From sequence record DRR723986_615: a stretch of DNA of 37,963 bases; one strand, given 5' to 3'. Position 1 is the stretch's first letter. Every line of letters begins with the position of its first letter. This document shows positions 20,305 to 30,446 of the stretch, piece by piece. The position numbers and the translations under genes were made by a program. Below the pieces are notes generated by a model. That model had not been told where the DNA came from. It saw only the letters and a list, made by a program, of their open reading frames with translations, and did no database searches.

Positions 20305-20693
20305 CAGACTGGTTCTTTGATCCCCGCCTGGCCGACTGCCGTCGCGTTTTCATTCGCGACTTTGATGTGTCCGCCGCGATTGGCGTATTTCCCCAAGAGT
20401 TGGGGCGTACGCAAGCGGTGCGCATCAACATTGATTTTTGGGTAAAGTGCGCATCAACTCCATCCGAGCGCGACTTGCTGGTCGATGTGGTCGACTACGA
20501 TTTCGTACGTCCTGGCATTCATGGCCTGATTCAATCCGGGCACATCGGTCTGCTTGAAACCTTGGTGGACAAAACCCTGGCGTTGGTGCTTGAGCATCCC
20601 AAAGTGGTGGCTGCGCGGGTACGCGCTGAAAAATCCGAGGTTTACCCCGACTGCGAATCTGCGGGCGTCGAGGTATTCCGCTTCAAATCCTAG
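20301..20693 (+). CDS. folB: Dihydroneopterin aldolase
   Basis: IGVFPQE, VVDYD, HIGLLETL and the catalytic Lys in RAEK; ATGA overlap with the SDR. Confidence 0.88.
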   Translation: MTDWFFDPRLADCRRVFIRDFDVSAAIGVFPQELGRTQAVRINIDFWVKCASTPSERDLLVDVVDYDFVRPGIHGLIQSGHIGLLETLVDKTLALVLEHPKVVAARVRAEKSEVYPDCESAGVEVFRFKS

Positions 20694-20707
20694 AAAGCTG
20701 TTAGACC

Positions 20708-21580
20708 ATGCAAACCATCACGATCTTTCCCAGCAAGGCTGAACAAAAAGAGGCCTTCGAATTCAACAAGCTCGAAAAGCGCCTCACCAAACAAGTAGGC
20801 CAAGCCATTGCCGACTTCAATATGATTGAAGAAGGAGACAAGGTGATGGTGTGCGTCTCCGGTGGTAAAGACAGCTATGGTTTGCTTGATATCTTGTTAT
20901 TGCTGCGTCAGCGTGCGCCCATCAATTTCGACATCGTGGCCGTGAATCTGGATCAGAAGCAGCCTGGTTTTCCTGAAGAAGTGCTGCCGAATTACTTGCG
21001 TAGCATCAATGTGCCGTTTCACATTGAAGAACAAGATACTTACTCGATCGTGAAACGGGTCATTCCCGAGGGCAAAACAACCTGCTCACTTTGCTCGCGC
21101 TTGCGTCGTGGAATTTTGTATCGCGTAGCCTCTGAGCTGGGGGCAACCAAGGTAGCCTTGGGGCATCACAAGGACGACATATTGCAAACCCTCTTGCTTA
21201 ACCTGTTTTACGGTGGTCGTATCAAGGGTATGCCCCCCAAGCTGGTGAGCGACAATGGAGCACACACGGTGATCCGCCCTCTGGCCTATTGCCGTGAGCG
21301 CGATTTGGCCCGTTATGCCGAAGAGAAGAATTTCCCGATCATCCCGTGCAATTTGTGTGGCAGTCAGGAAAATTTGAAGCGCAAGGAAATGGCCGTGTTG
21401 TTGAAACAGTGGGAAAAGCACAATCCTCGCTGGATCGCCAATCTGTTTACATCGCTGTCGACAGTGGTGCCCTCGCACCTCATGGATCGCAAGCTGTTTC
21501 CATTTGAAACGATTCGCCCTGGCACAGTACTTGAAGACGGTGCTGGCGACAGGGCGTTTGATTCCGATGACGAGTGCTGA
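20708..21580 (+). CDS. ttcA: tRNA 2-thiocytidine(32) synthetase
   Basis: PP-loop [22 protein letters not shown] and [10 protein letters not shown] motifs. Confidence 0.97.
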   Translation: MQTITIFPSKAEQKEAFEFNKLEKRLTKQVGQAIADFNMIEEGDKVMVCVSGGKDSYGLLDILLLLRQRAPINFDIVAVNLDQKQPGFPEEVLPNYLRSINVPFHIEEQDTYSIVKRVIPEGKTTCSLCSRLRRGILYRVASELGATKVALGHHKDDILQTLLLNLFYGGRIKGMPPKLVSDNGAHTVIRPLAYCRERDLARYAEEKNFPIIPCNLCGSQENLKRKEMAVLLKQWEKHNPRWIANLFTSLSTVVPSHLMDRKLFPFETIRPGTVLEDGAGDRAFDSDDEC

Positions 21581-21581
21581 C

Positions 21582-23102
21582 TTACTTCAAAAACAGCTTG
21601 TACGCCGGGTTCTCGGTCTCGTTCACCGCCGGGTAGCCGAGTTGTTTCACGAACTTGTCGAATTCGGCGTGGTCTGCAGGTGGTACTTGAATCCCTACCA
21701 GAATACGGCCATAGTCGGCACCGTGATTGCGATAGTGAAAAAGACTGATGTTCCAGCCCGGGTTCAAGGCAGTTAAAAATTTTGTCAGTGCCCCAGGCCG
21801 TTCCGGAAATTCAAAGCGGTACACCAGTTCATGGTCAGCCAGGTTGGAGCGTCCTCCCACCATGTGACGCAAATGCAGCTTCGCCATTTCATCGTCGGTC
21901 AGGTTCAGTGCATCAAATCCGGATGCAATGAAGCGTTCTTGTAATTCATCGGCCTGGGCACGATTGCCAATCTGAATGCCTACGAAAATATTGGCTTTGC
22001 TTGAGTCTGACATTCTGTAGTTGAATTCTGTCACATTGGTGGGGCCCAGCAAGTCGCAAAACTTTCTGAAACTGCCACGTTCCTCCGGTACTGTGATCGC
22101 AAAAATCGCTTCACGTTGCTCACCCACCTCAGCGCGTTCAGCCACAAATCGCAAGCGATCAAAATTCATGTTTGCGCCGCAAGAAATTGCAATCAGGGTT
22201 TGGTTGTGCAAACCCATTTCAGCGGCATATTGCTTCAGGCCAGCTACCGCCAGCGCACCTGCGGGTTCAAGAATGCTGCGTGTGTCCTGAAATACATCCT
22301 TAATCGCGGCACAGGCCTCATCGGTGGTGACGCGAACAATCCCATCGACATACTTCTCGCACAGGCGGAAGGTTTCCTCCCCAACCAGTTTTACGGCAGT
22401 ACCATCCGAGAACAGACCCACTTCGGCCAGCGTAACGCGTTTGTGCTGTTCCATGCTCTGCGCCATGGCGTCCGAGTCGACGGTTTGCACGCCGATAATT
22501 TTGATGTCCGGACGCAATTGCTTGACGTAGGCGCCTACACCTGCTGCCAGTCCTCCTCCGCCGATTGCAATGAAAATGGCGTGTATCGGCCCTTGGTGCT
22601 GGCGCAATATTTCCATGCCTACTGTGCCCTGACCTGCAATCACATCGGGATCGTCAAAAGGGTGCACAAAGGTCAGGCCTTTGGCTTGTGCCAGTTCTGC
22701 AGCATGTCCTGCTGCATCGCTGTAGCTGTCACCGAACAACACCACATTGACCCAGTCGCCGCCAAAACGTTTTACTGCGTCAATTTTCAGCGCGGGGGTG
22801 GTTGTCGGCATTACGATCGTAGCCATGCAGCGCATTTTCGCAGCAGAAAGCGCAACACCTTGGGCATGGTTGCCAGCTGAGGCAGCAATCACGCCTCGTT
22901 CCAGTTGTATTGGGCTCAGGTGGGCCATCTTGTTGTAAGCGCCCCGCAGCTTGAAGCTGAACACCTCTTGCATGTCTTCGCGCTTGAGCAACACTTCGTT
23001 GGCAGTGCGTGCAGACAAAGAGTGCGCGCGTTCCAAAGGTGTTTCAACGGCCACGTCGTAAACCTTGGCGGTCAGTATGCGTTTTAGATAGTCAAGACCC
23101 AC
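21582..23102 (-). CDS. ilvA: Biosynthetic threonine ammonia-lyase
   Basis: KREDMQEVFSFKLRGAYN (PLP Lys), SAGNHAQG and two C-terminal regulatory domains (FPERPGAL); GTG start. Confidence 0.97.
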   Translation of the reverse strand: MGLDYLKRILTAKVYDVAVETPLERAHSLSARTANEVLLKREDMQEVFSFKLRGAYNKMAHLSPIQLERGVIAASAGNHAQGVALSAAKMRCMATIVMPTTTPALKIDAVKRFGGDWVNVVLFGDSYSDAAGHAAELAQAKGLTFVHPFDDPDVIAGQGTVGMEILRQHQGPIHAIFIAIGGGGLAAGVGAYVKQLRPDIKIIGVQTVDSDAMAQSMEQHKRVTLAEVGLFSDGTAVKLVGEETFRLCEKYVDGIVRVTTDEACAAIKDVFQDTRSILEPAGALAVAGLKQYAAEMGLHNQTLIAISCGANMNFDRLRFVAERAEVGEQREAIFAITVPEERGSFRKFCDLLGPTNVTEFNYRMSDSSKANIFVGIQIGNRAQADELQERFIASGFDALNLTDDEMAKLHLRHMVGGRSNLADHELVYRFEFPERPGALTKFLTALNPGWNISLFHYRNHGADYGRILVGIQVPPADHAEFDKFVKQLGYPAVNETENPAYKLFLK

Positions 23103-23276
23103 AAAGCACCTTTTTATTGCAGATTTTTAAGCAAATTTCGATCTTTTGCCCATGAAGGCTACACTTTACAGCATGAGGACAATCCCGAAAGCTGGCTTGC
23201 GCGTTTGGGTCGCATCTGCCGGTCGCCTTCGGGCATAATTTAGGCTCAGTTTCTCAAGGACAGGTTCATACCCCCA

Positions 23277-23855
23277 ATGGCATCTACAAAATCATCGAAA
23301 CCCAAGGCGAAACCTCAAGTTAGAAAATCTCTTGGGAATACCATCCCAGCGTTTGTGTTTGGCATGGTATTCGGACTCTTGATTGCGCTGGGTGTGGCTT
23401 TGTTTGTCAGCAAGTCGCAGCTGCCATTTTCTGGTGCTGAAACCCAGGGTGCCGTACCCGATGTATCGCCGGGCCCAGGCAATAGTCCGCCTGACCCCAA
23501 CACAGCCATCTACGGCAAAGCCAATGCCAATCAGGGCAATGTGGTTACGATTGACCCATTTCAGCAAGGCACGGAACCTCAGACGGGTGATGCCACTCCA
23601 ACCGAACAAATTGAACCTGTGGCCCAGACCATTTATTTTTTGCAATTGGGCAGTTTTCGCAATCGTGAGGATGCCGAACAATTGCGGGCGCAGCTGGCGT
23701 TTATAGGTACAGAATCCGAAATTGCCGTGGGTGAGGTCAACGGCAATGTTGTAAACCGCGTTCGTGTGGGGCCATTTGGCAGCGCGAACGAAGCCTATCA
23801 GGCCCGAATTCCCCTCACGAAAGGCGGATTCGAGGCCACCGTGGTCAAGGAGTAA
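23277..23855 (+). CDS. SPOR-domain cell division protein (FtsN-like)
   Basis: Basic N-terminus, one TM segment, Pro-rich linker, C-terminal SPOR domain (YFLQLGSFRNREDAEQLRAQL...RVRVGPF); precedes dsbA. Confidence 0.88.
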   Translation: MASTKSSKPKAKPQVRKSLGNTIPAFVFGMVFGLLIALGVALFVSKSQLPFSGAETQGAVPDVSPGPGNSPPDPNTAIYGKANANQGNVVTIDPFQQGTEPQTGDATPTEQIEPVAQTIYFLQLGSFRNREDAEQLRAQLAFIGTESEIAVGEVNGNVVNRVRVGPFGSANEAYQARIPLTKGGFEATVVKE

Positions 23856-23858
23856 ACA

Positions 23859-24503
23859 ATGATGAAACGTCGTGAATTGATTCAAAGTGCAGTGGCCTTG
23901 GGCGTGATGGGCGCCTTCGGTGGCTTGTCCCCGGCCATCGCTCAAGATGCAGGTGCATTTCGCAAAGTGCGCCGGGAAGTTCCACGTTCCACACCTGGAA
24001 AAATCGATGTTGTCGAATTCTTCTGGTATGGCTGTATCCATTGTTATAACTTCGAGCCCAAGGTCAATGCGTGGTACAAAAAGCTGCCAAGCGATGTTGT
24101 GTTCACGAAAATACCCATCGCCTACCAAAGCCAGCGTGTCAACTTTCAGGGGCATCAGCGTCTGTACTACACGCTGGAAGCGATGGGCAAGCTTGACATG
24201 GCGCACAGCAAAGTGTTCGAAGCCATGCACAAGGACAAAAAGCAGTTGGCCAACGATGAGCAAATTTTCGATTTCGCCCAATCAATTGGTTTGAAGCGTG
24301 AGGAATTTGCCAATGTCTTCAAGTCATTTGGTGTGAATGCAAAATGTGCCCAGGCCAAAACCATTTTCGAAGCCTATGGGGCAGATGGCGTGCCCACTTT
24401 GGGGATTGATGGCAAATTCTTTACTTCCGCATCCATTGCCGGCTCCGAGGACAACGCCATTCGTGTCGCCGAAGCGTTGATTCGCCGACAGCGACAGGCT
24501 TGA
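23859..24503 (+). CDS. dsbA: Thiol:disulfide interchange protein DsbA
   Basis: VVEFFWYGCIHCY (CxxC), cis-Pro loop GVPT and a signal peptide. Confidence 0.92.
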   Translation: MMKRRELIQSAVALGVMGAFGGLSPAIAQDAGAFRKVRREVPRSTPGKIDVVEFFWYGCIHCYNFEPKVNAWYKKLPSDVVFTKIPIAYQSQRVNFQGHQRLYYTLEAMGKLDMAHSKVFEAMHKDKKQLANDEQIFDFAQSIGLKREEFANVFKSFGVNAKCAQAKTIFEAYGADGVPTLGIDGKFFTSASIAGSEDNAIRVAEALIRRQRQA

Positions 24504-24532
24504 AGCACGGGGGAAAAATGAAGGAGGTTTCC

Positions 24533-25516
24533 ATGCGCAGTGGTGTGATCCGTTATATTGCATTTGCGTCACTGTCATTGACACTAGCCGCCTGCTCTAG
24601 CGTTCCCCTGGACAAACCGGTATCGCCGCCCCCGGCAAAAACCGTGGCCAAGCCCTCTGTTCCCCCACCTGTGAAACATGAGAACTGGGAGCCCGCGCCT
24701 CAAGGGGGTGGTTATTATCTCGACGATGGCCCGGGCGATTTGCGGCCAGCCAACCTGGAGGACATGCCATCCGCTGAACCCCAGCTCGAGCCAATTGCGA
24801 TCCGTAACACCCGGCCCTACACCGTCATGGGGCAGAGCTTTACGCCGCAAACTTCACTTGAAGAGCCTTACAGTCAAAAAGGTCGGGCCAGTTGGTATGG
24901 CAAAAAATTTCATGGCGCGAAAACCGCCAACGGTGAAATTTACGACATGCACCAAATGACAGCGGCGCACCCTACCTTGCCGCTCCCCAGTTATGCCAAA
25001 GTCACCAATTTGGCCAACGGCAAGTCCGTGATTGTTCGTGTCAACGACCGTGGCCCGTTTTTGCGTGGCCGAATCATTGATCTGAGTTATGCAGCGGCCT
25101 ATCAGCTCGACTACATCAAGCAGGGCAGTGCTGAAGTGCTTGTCGAGAAGATGACCCCCGATGCCATCGCCCGGTATCACGCAGAGAAGAACGGTACCTT
25201 GGTGGCCAAAAACGGCGTCCAGGTCGAGCAGGTGGCACTGAACAATGCCTCCGGTTTGGTGCCGGTTCATCGAACCCCCTTGTACCTTCAGATTGGCGCG
25301 TTCGGCAACAAAAACAACGCTGAGGCTTTGGTTTCCCAGGTGTCTTCCAGTCACCAGGCGTTCGGCAAAGCCAGCCAAATTCTCTCTGAGTCGGGCGTTC
25401 ATCGCGTTTTGGTGGGTCCGTTCAGCAGCATTGATCAAGCCAATGAGGCTGCAATTGAGCTCAGCGCCTTTGTCCAGGTGCAGCCGGTTATCAAACAAGA
25501 CTTGATCCTGCCCTGA
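24533..25516 (+). CDS. rlpA: Septal ring lytic transglycosylase RlpA lipoprotein
   Basis: AGGAGG before ATG 24533; lipobox LAAC; DPBB motifs [19 protein letters not shown] and VNDRGPF..RIIDLS; C-terminal SPOR domain. Confidence 0.95.
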   Translation: MRSGVIRYIAFASLSLTLAACSSVPLDKPVSPPPAKTVAKPSVPPPVKHENWEPAPQGGGYYLDDGPGDLRPANLEDMPSAEPQLEPIAIRNTRPYTVMGQSFTPQTSLEEPYSQKGRASWYGKKFHGAKTANGEIYDMHQMTAAHPTLPLPSYAKVTNLANGKSVIVRVNDRGPFLRGRIIDLSYAAAYQLDYIKQGSAEVLVEKMTPDAIARYHAEKNGTLVAKNGVQVEQVALNNASGLVPVHRTPLYLQIGAFGNKNNAEALVSQVSSSHQAFGKASQILSESGVHRVLVGPFSSIDQANEAAIELSAFVQVQPVIKQDLILP

Positions 25517-25528
25517 TTGTCCCCATAT
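25501..25528 (+). promoter_or_regulatory. Sigma-32 (RpoH) promoter of hslVU
   Basis: CTTGAT-N14-CCCCATAT matches the RpoH consensus CTTGAA-N13/14-CCCCATnT and ends 46 bp upstream of the hslV start. Confidence 0.8.
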
Positions 25529-25574
25529 CGGGACATTAGTGCGCAAAGCGCAACACCCCAACCAAAGGATAGGC

Positions 25575-26138
25575 ATGGAGCAATATCACGGCACGACCAT
25601 ATTGTCAGTACGCAGAGGTAAGCATGTTGCGCTTGGAGGCGATGGACAGGTTACCTTGGGGCACATTGTGGTCAAAGGTTCCGCCCGCAAGGTAAGGCGT
25701 CTTCATCACAACAAAATTCTGGCTGGTTTTGCTGGCGGCACTGCCGATGCGTTTACCTTGTTCGAGCATTTTGAAGCCCAGCTCGAGAAGCACCAGGGGC
25801 ACCTGTTGCGGGCAGCAGTCGAGCTCGCCAAAGAATGGCGCACTGATCGCATGCTCCGCAGGCTTGAGGCCATGTTGGCCGTAGCTGATGAAAATCACTC
25901 CCTGATTATTACCGGCAATGGCGATGTACTTGAGCCTGAACAAGGCTTGGTTGCAATTGGCAGTGGCGGTGCCTACGCACATTCCGCGGCGAAAGCGTTG
26001 CTCGAAAACACCGAACTTTTGCCCGAAGAAATCGTCAAGAAATCCCTGACCATCGCAGGGGAACTGTGCATTTACACCAACCAGCATCACACCATTGAAG
26101 TGTTGGGTGCCCCTGAAGCATCTGGCAGCAAAGGTTAA
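25575..26138 (+). CDS. hslV: ATP-dependent protease subunit HslV
   Basis: [33 protein letters not shown] and IGSGG motifs; ATG 25575. Confidence 0.97.
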   Translation: MEQYHGTTILSVRRGKHVALGGDGQVTLGHIVVKGSARKVRRLHHNKILAGFAGGTADAFTLFEHFEAQLEKHQGHLLRAAVELAKEWRTDRMLRRLEAMLAVADENHSLIITGNGDVLEPEQGLVAIGSGGAYAHSAAKALLENTELLPEEIVKKSLTIAGELCIYTNQHHTIEVLGAPEASGSKG

Positions 26139-26142
26139 TCAC

Positions 26143-27474
26143 ATGACTCAACTTACACCTTCAAATATTGTTGCAGAACTCAACAAGAACATTGTTGGCC
26201 AGGACGCAGCCAAGCGAGCTGTCGCCGTGGCGCTTCGCAATCGCTGGCGCCGCATGCAGGTGCCCATGCCCCTGCGTCAGGAGATCACGCCCAAGAACAT
26301 TCTGATGATTGGCCCAACGGGCGTGGGTAAAACAGAAATTGCCCGTCGCCTGGCCAAGCTGGCCAATGCGCCGTTTATCAAGATCGAGGCCACCAAATTC
26401 ACCGAAGTGGGCTATGTGGGTCGCGACGTGGACACCATCATTCGAGACCTCATTGAAATTGCCTTGAAGCAGGTGCGGGAAGAGGCCCAGCTTGGCGTGG
26501 TCGAAGAGGCAAAGTCTGCAGCCTTCGATCGCGTGCTGGATGCACTCTTGCCTCCTGCTCGAGATTTCGGCTTCACCGAGAAAGCCCCCGAGCCTGATGA
26601 AAACCGCACCCGTATTCGATTTCGGGAAAAGTTGTTTGCTGGCGAGCTGGATGACAAGGAAATCGAGATTGAGGTGGCGGCCGCTTCGCCCTCACTGGAT
26701 GTAGTTGGCCCACCTGGCATGGAAGAACTCACTGGGCAGTTGCAGTCGATGTTTCAGAATATTTCCGGTGGCAAGAAGAAGCTGCGCAAGATGAAAGTGG
26801 CTGAGGCGCTGAAAGCGATTCAGGATGAGGAGGCCGCCAAGCGTGTGAATGAAGAGGAAGTTCGAGCCAAGGCGATCTCTCGGGTTGAGCAGGATGGCAT
26901 TGTATTTCTGGATGAAATCGACAAAATCGCGACCAAGGCCGATGGGCGGGGCACTGACGTCTCCCGCCAAGGGGTTCAGCGCGATTTGCTGCCGCTGGTG
27001 GAGGGCACTACAGTCAACACCAAATACGGCATGATCAAAACAGACCACATCCTTTTTGTGGCCAGCGGTGCCTTCCATTTGTCCCGCCCTTCTGATCTCA
27101 TCCCTGAGCTTCAAGGGCGCTTTCCGATCCGGGTTGAGCTGGAATCGTTAACTGTTGAAGATTTCAAGCGAATCCTGACCAGCACCGATTCTTGTCTCAC
27201 CGAGCAGTACAAAGCACTCCTGGCAACAGATGGGGTTGAGCTTGAATTCACCGATGAGGGTGTTCGTCGTTTGGCTGAGATCGCATTCACAGTGAACGAG
27301 AAAACCGAGAATATCGGCGCGCGTCGCCTGTACACGGTGATGGAGCGTTTGCTCGAAGAGGTTGCATTTGAAGCGAATGGACAGCATCGACCTGTGAAGA
27401 TCACGGCCGAGTTTGTCGACTCCCGCCTCGGCGAGGCAGCCAAATCCGAGGATCTTGCCCAATTCATTCTCTAG
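26143..27474 (+). CDS. hslU: ATP-dependent protease ATPase subunit HslU
   Basis: [34 protein letters not shown] and ENIGARRL motifs; ATG 26143. Confidence 0.98.
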   Translation: MTQLTPSNIVAELNKNIVGQDAAKRAVAVALRNRWRRMQVPMPLRQEITPKNILMIGPTGVGKTEIARRLAKLANAPFIKIEATKFTEVGYVGRDVDTIIRDLIEIALKQVREEAQLGVVEEAKSAAFDRVLDALLPPARDFGFTEKAPEPDENRTRIRFREKLFAGELDDKEIEIEVAAASPSLDVVGPPGMEELTGQLQSMFQNISGGKKKLRKMKVAEALKAIQDEEAAKRVNEEEVRAKAISRVEQDGIVFLDEIDKIATKADGRGTDVSRQGVQRDLLPLVEGTTVNTKYGMIKTDHILFVASGAFHLSRPSDLIPELQGRFPIRVELESLTVEDFKRILTSTDSCLTEQYKALLATDGVELEFTDEGVRRLAEIAFTVNEKTENIGARRLYTVMERLLEEVAFEANGQHRPVKITAEFVDSRLGEAAKSEDLAQFIL

Positions 27475-27560
27475 AATCCGTCGATCGGCATCTTGCCAAC
27501 GTTGTCTGGGTAGATTCGCTTTAAAATGCATTGTGTGCCTAGTTTCTACCCGGACAATTC

Positions 27561-28448
27561 ATGACCACAGACAACCTCACTTCCGCAATCAAAGCCAAAG
27601 TTCTGTCCGAGGCCTTGCCCTACATTCGCCGTTTTCATGGCAAAACGGTGGTAGTCAAGTACGGCGGTAACGCCATGACCGATATCAACCTGCAAAAATC
27701 TTTTGCTCACGATGTGGTGTTGCTCAAATTGGTTGGGATTAATCCCATTGTGGTGCACGGTGGTGGCCCTCAAATCGATGAGGCCCTGCGACGCATTGGC
27801 AAGCAGGGTACCTTTATCCAGGGTATGCGTGTGACCGACGAGGAAACCATGGAGGTGGTGGAGTGGGTGCTGGGCGGTCAGGTCCAGCAAGACATCGTCA
27901 TGATGATCAACGAGCATGGCGGCAAGGCGGTGGGTTTAACCGGCAAGGATGGCGGTCTGATTCAAGCCCGGAAAATGAAGTTGGCGGACAAGAGCGAGCC
28001 TGGCAAGTTTCATGACATCGGTTTTGTGGGCGAAATCGCATCCATCGATCCCGCCATTGTCAAAGCTCTCCAGGATGATGCCTTCATTCCCGTCATTTCG
28101 CCAATTGGCTTCGGTGAAGATGGCATGGCCTACAACATCAACGCCGATCTCGTAGCCGGCAAAATTGCTGAAATACTGAAAGCTGAAAAGCTGATCATGA
28201 TGACCAACACCCCCGGGGTTTTGGACAAAGACGGCAAGTTGCTCACTGGCCTGACAGCCAAACGAATCGATGAATTGTTTGAAGACGGCACCATTTCGGG
28301 AGGAATGCTGCCCAAGTTGTCTTCCGCGATTGAAGCAGCCAAAAGCGGAGTAAACTCGGTTCACGTGGTGGATGGCCGTGTTCCTCACTGCCTTCTGCTT
28401 GAAATTCTGACGGACCAAGGCGTGGGCACCATGATTCGCAGTCACTGA
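27561..28448 (+). CDS. argB: Acetylglutamate kinase
   Basis: [29 protein letters not shown] and GGMLPK motifs. Confidence 0.98.
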   Translation: MTTDNLTSAIKAKVLSEALPYIRRFHGKTVVVKYGGNAMTDINLQKSFAHDVVLLKLVGINPIVVHGGGPQIDEALRRIGKQGTFIQGMRVTDEETMEVVEWVLGGQVQQDIVMMINEHGGKAVGLTGKDGGLIQARKMKLADKSEPGKFHDIGFVGEIASIDPAIVKALQDDAFIPVISPIGFGEDGMAYNINADLVAGKIAEILKAEKLIMMTNTPGVLDKDGKLLTGLTAKRIDELFEDGTISGGMLPKLSSAIEAAKSGVNSVHVVDGRVPHCLLLEILTDQGVGTMIRSH

Positions 28449-28506
28449 TTTCGCAGCCACTGGGCTCTGCTCAGCCGGACAATCCGCGTCAAACGCAGGG
28501 GGAAGC

Positions 28507-29160
28507 ATGTCGAACAAAAGAATACCCAACTTGTCGGTTACCGACGGATTTGATTTTGTGAAAAAAATCTGGGGAAGTCTGCCGATTCCCAGCGTGATGA
28601 ATCCCACTACCGATCTTGATGAGCTCGACAAGCGTATCTCCGACCTCAAGGCGGTTGAACAATGGCTGAACGTCAACCTCAGCATGCTTCGGGCGACCAT
28701 TCAGGGCTTGGAGGTTCAGCGTGGCACGATAGCCACGATCAAGTCCTTCAGTTCCAATTTGGGCTTGGGCGGCGATCGTGTCAGTGATGTCAATCAGGCA
28801 GTGAACGAGGAAATCATCCGAAATGCCATGCAGGCCGCGGTCGCTCCACCACCGGTGCCTCGTGTTGAGCCGGTTGCGCCCAAAATTCCCGACCCTGAAC
28901 CTGCCGCAACTGCGGCAAGCGATGCGGCTGCGCAAGAATCCTCGAAGGCCATTGTGTCAAACGCCACTGCGTGGTGGGGATTGCTGCAGGATCAATTCAA
29001 CAAGGTAGTTGCTACGGCAGCCATGGCAGGTTCTGGGACCGACGCTGCCCCCGATGCGGTCGAGCCATCCAAAAAACCAGTCAAACCCAAAGCCAAGCGC
29101 GCGGCTACGCCCCGTAAGAAAACCTCAAGCAGCACCCGCACCGCGCGCACAAGGACCTAG
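28507..29160 (+). CDS. phaM: PhaM-family PHA granule-associated / nucleoid-binding protein
   Basis: PTTDLDELDKRISDLKAVEQWLNVNLSMLRATIQGLEVQRGTIATIKSF resembles the PhaM N-terminal region as I recall it; WWGLLQDQF motif; Lys/Pro/Ala-rich basic tail. Confidence 0.75.
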   Translation: MSNKRIPNLSVTDGFDFVKKIWGSLPIPSVMNPTTDLDELDKRISDLKAVEQWLNVNLSMLRATIQGLEVQRGTIATIKSFSSNLGLGGDRVSDVNQAVNEEIIRNAMQAAVAPPPVPRVEPVAPKIPDPEPAATAASDAAAQESSKAIVSNATAWWGLLQDQFNKVVATAAMAGSGTDAAPDAVEPSKKPVKPKAKRAATPRKKTSSSTRTARTRT

Positions 29161-30432
29161 ATGTTTCGTTTTGGCCACGCCACACACCCCAACTGGAGAG
29201 AGGCACTTGAACTCGTGTTGGTGCAGCTCGAAGGCCAGATGCAACTGGAGCAGTTTGCAAGCGATATTTCCCGGCCTCAAAAGCTGGGTTTGATATACGC
29301 CACCGAGGCCTTCGCCGAAAACATGCCCCAAATTCTTCAGGGTTTGCGCCAGCGAACCAATGTCAAGGAGTGGGTTGGGGGTTTGGCACCCGGTGTCTGC
29401 AGCAGTGGAGTGGAGTATTACCAAGAGCCCGCACTGGCAGTCATGTTGATGGAGTTTCCCGCGGATTCCGCGCGTGTTTTCTCGGGCAAACTGCCCTTGC
29501 CCAAGCCGGGCACCGTGACTGCTTCGGGCAGGGAGGCCATGTCCTCCGCACTCATCCACATCGATCCGTTGACTGAGGACATTGACGATCTTCTCGATGA
29601 TTTATCGCTCAAAGTCAGCACACGTCAAATTTTTGGCGGTCTGGTTTGCGCTGGTACAGCCAATACCCACATCGCGCTAGAGCCTCTGTCCGGAGGCGTT
29701 TCCGGTGTGGTGTTCGCCAGCGGTTTACCCATCGAGGTGCGTATGACCCAAGGCGTTCAAGTGGTGGGTGTCGAGCATGAGATTACCGGGCTGCGGGGTA
29801 ATTTTGTCGAAGAGCTCGACGGCTTGCCTGCGCTCGACGTGCTGCTCGCTGATTTGGGTCTCCAACCTGATTCGGATGATGCTGATCCAGCAAGCCAGGC
29901 TGCCGAGGTGTTGGCCAAACGTTTTGCGCATGGTTTGTTTGTCGGGCTCACTGACCGGGCGCTGGCTGAATCCATTGCGCTGAAGGGGTATACGGCGGGT
30001 CGCTCCGAGGCGCACCAGCTGAAAGTACGTCCCGTGGTTGGAATGGATCCCAATAAAAAATCCCTGGCTGTGGCTGAAGATTTCAAGTTGGGCGATCGCT
30101 TGTCTTTCTGCACCCGTGATGAAAATTCGGCACGGGTCGATTTGACCAGAATGTGTGCAGAACTGCGCGAAGATCTCGACGCGCCAGCACCCAAACTCAA
30201 TGAACTTCAGGCTGCAGGTTTTTCTGGAATCCATTCTCAGCGCAAACCTCGTGGCGCGGTGTACATTGCATGCAATGGGCGGGGTGCAGCCTTGTTCGGC
30301 CTGCAAGGCGTTGAGCAGCAAATTGTCCGAGAGCAATTGGGGGATATCCCCCTGATTGGTTTTTCAGCCAACGGTGAAATTTTCCGTGGTGCTTTGTATG
30401 GATACACCGGTGTGCTGGCCTTGTTTTTCTAA
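29161..30432 (+). CDS. FIST_N/FIST_C domain protein (NosP-like fold), stand-alone
   Basis: [50 protein letters not shown] and [11 protein letters not shown], all characteristic of FIST proteins. Confidence 0.88.
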   Translation: MFRFGHATHPNWREALELVLVQLEGQMQLEQFASDISRPQKLGLIYATEAFAENMPQILQGLRQRTNVKEWVGGLAPGVCSSGVEYYQEPALAVMLMEFPADSARVFSGKLPLPKPGTVTASGREAMSSALIHIDPLTEDIDDLLDDLSLKVSTRQIFGGLVCAGTANTHIALEPLSGGVSGVVFASGLPIEVRMTQGVQVVGVEHEITGLRGNFVEELDGLPALDVLLADLGLQPDSDDADPASQAAEVLAKRFAHGLFVGLTDRALAESIALKGYTAGRSEAHQLKVRPVVGMDPNKKSLAVAEDFKLGDRLSFCTRDENSARVDLTRMCAELREDLDAPAPKLNELQAAGFSGIHSQRKPRGAVYIACNGRGAALFGLQGVEQQIVREQLGDIPLIGFSANGEIFRGALYGYTGVLALFF

Positions 30433-30446
30433 ATCTGATTATTGAC

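Noticed and set aside
23103..23276. Possible ilvA attenuator leader (minus-strand mini-ORFs MGKRSKFA and ML)
   Set aside because: No run of Ile/Leu/Val/Thr codons and no terminator/antiterminator pair.
23292..24281. 329-aa antisense ORF spanning the SPOR gene and dsbA
   Set aside because: The two sense genes share a frame (3-bp gap), so the shadow frame simply continues. The sequence is not protein-like.
25575..25595. HslV not beginning with the catalytic Thr (MEQYHG extension)
   Set aside because: A short propeptide before TTI is normal for many proteobacterial HslV proteins.
27936..28700. 254-aa antisense ORF over argB/phaM, and similar shadows at 22116-22880, 24854-25576, 8192-8902 and 15217-15945
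   Set aside because: All overlap well-supported genes on the other strand and carry no motifs.
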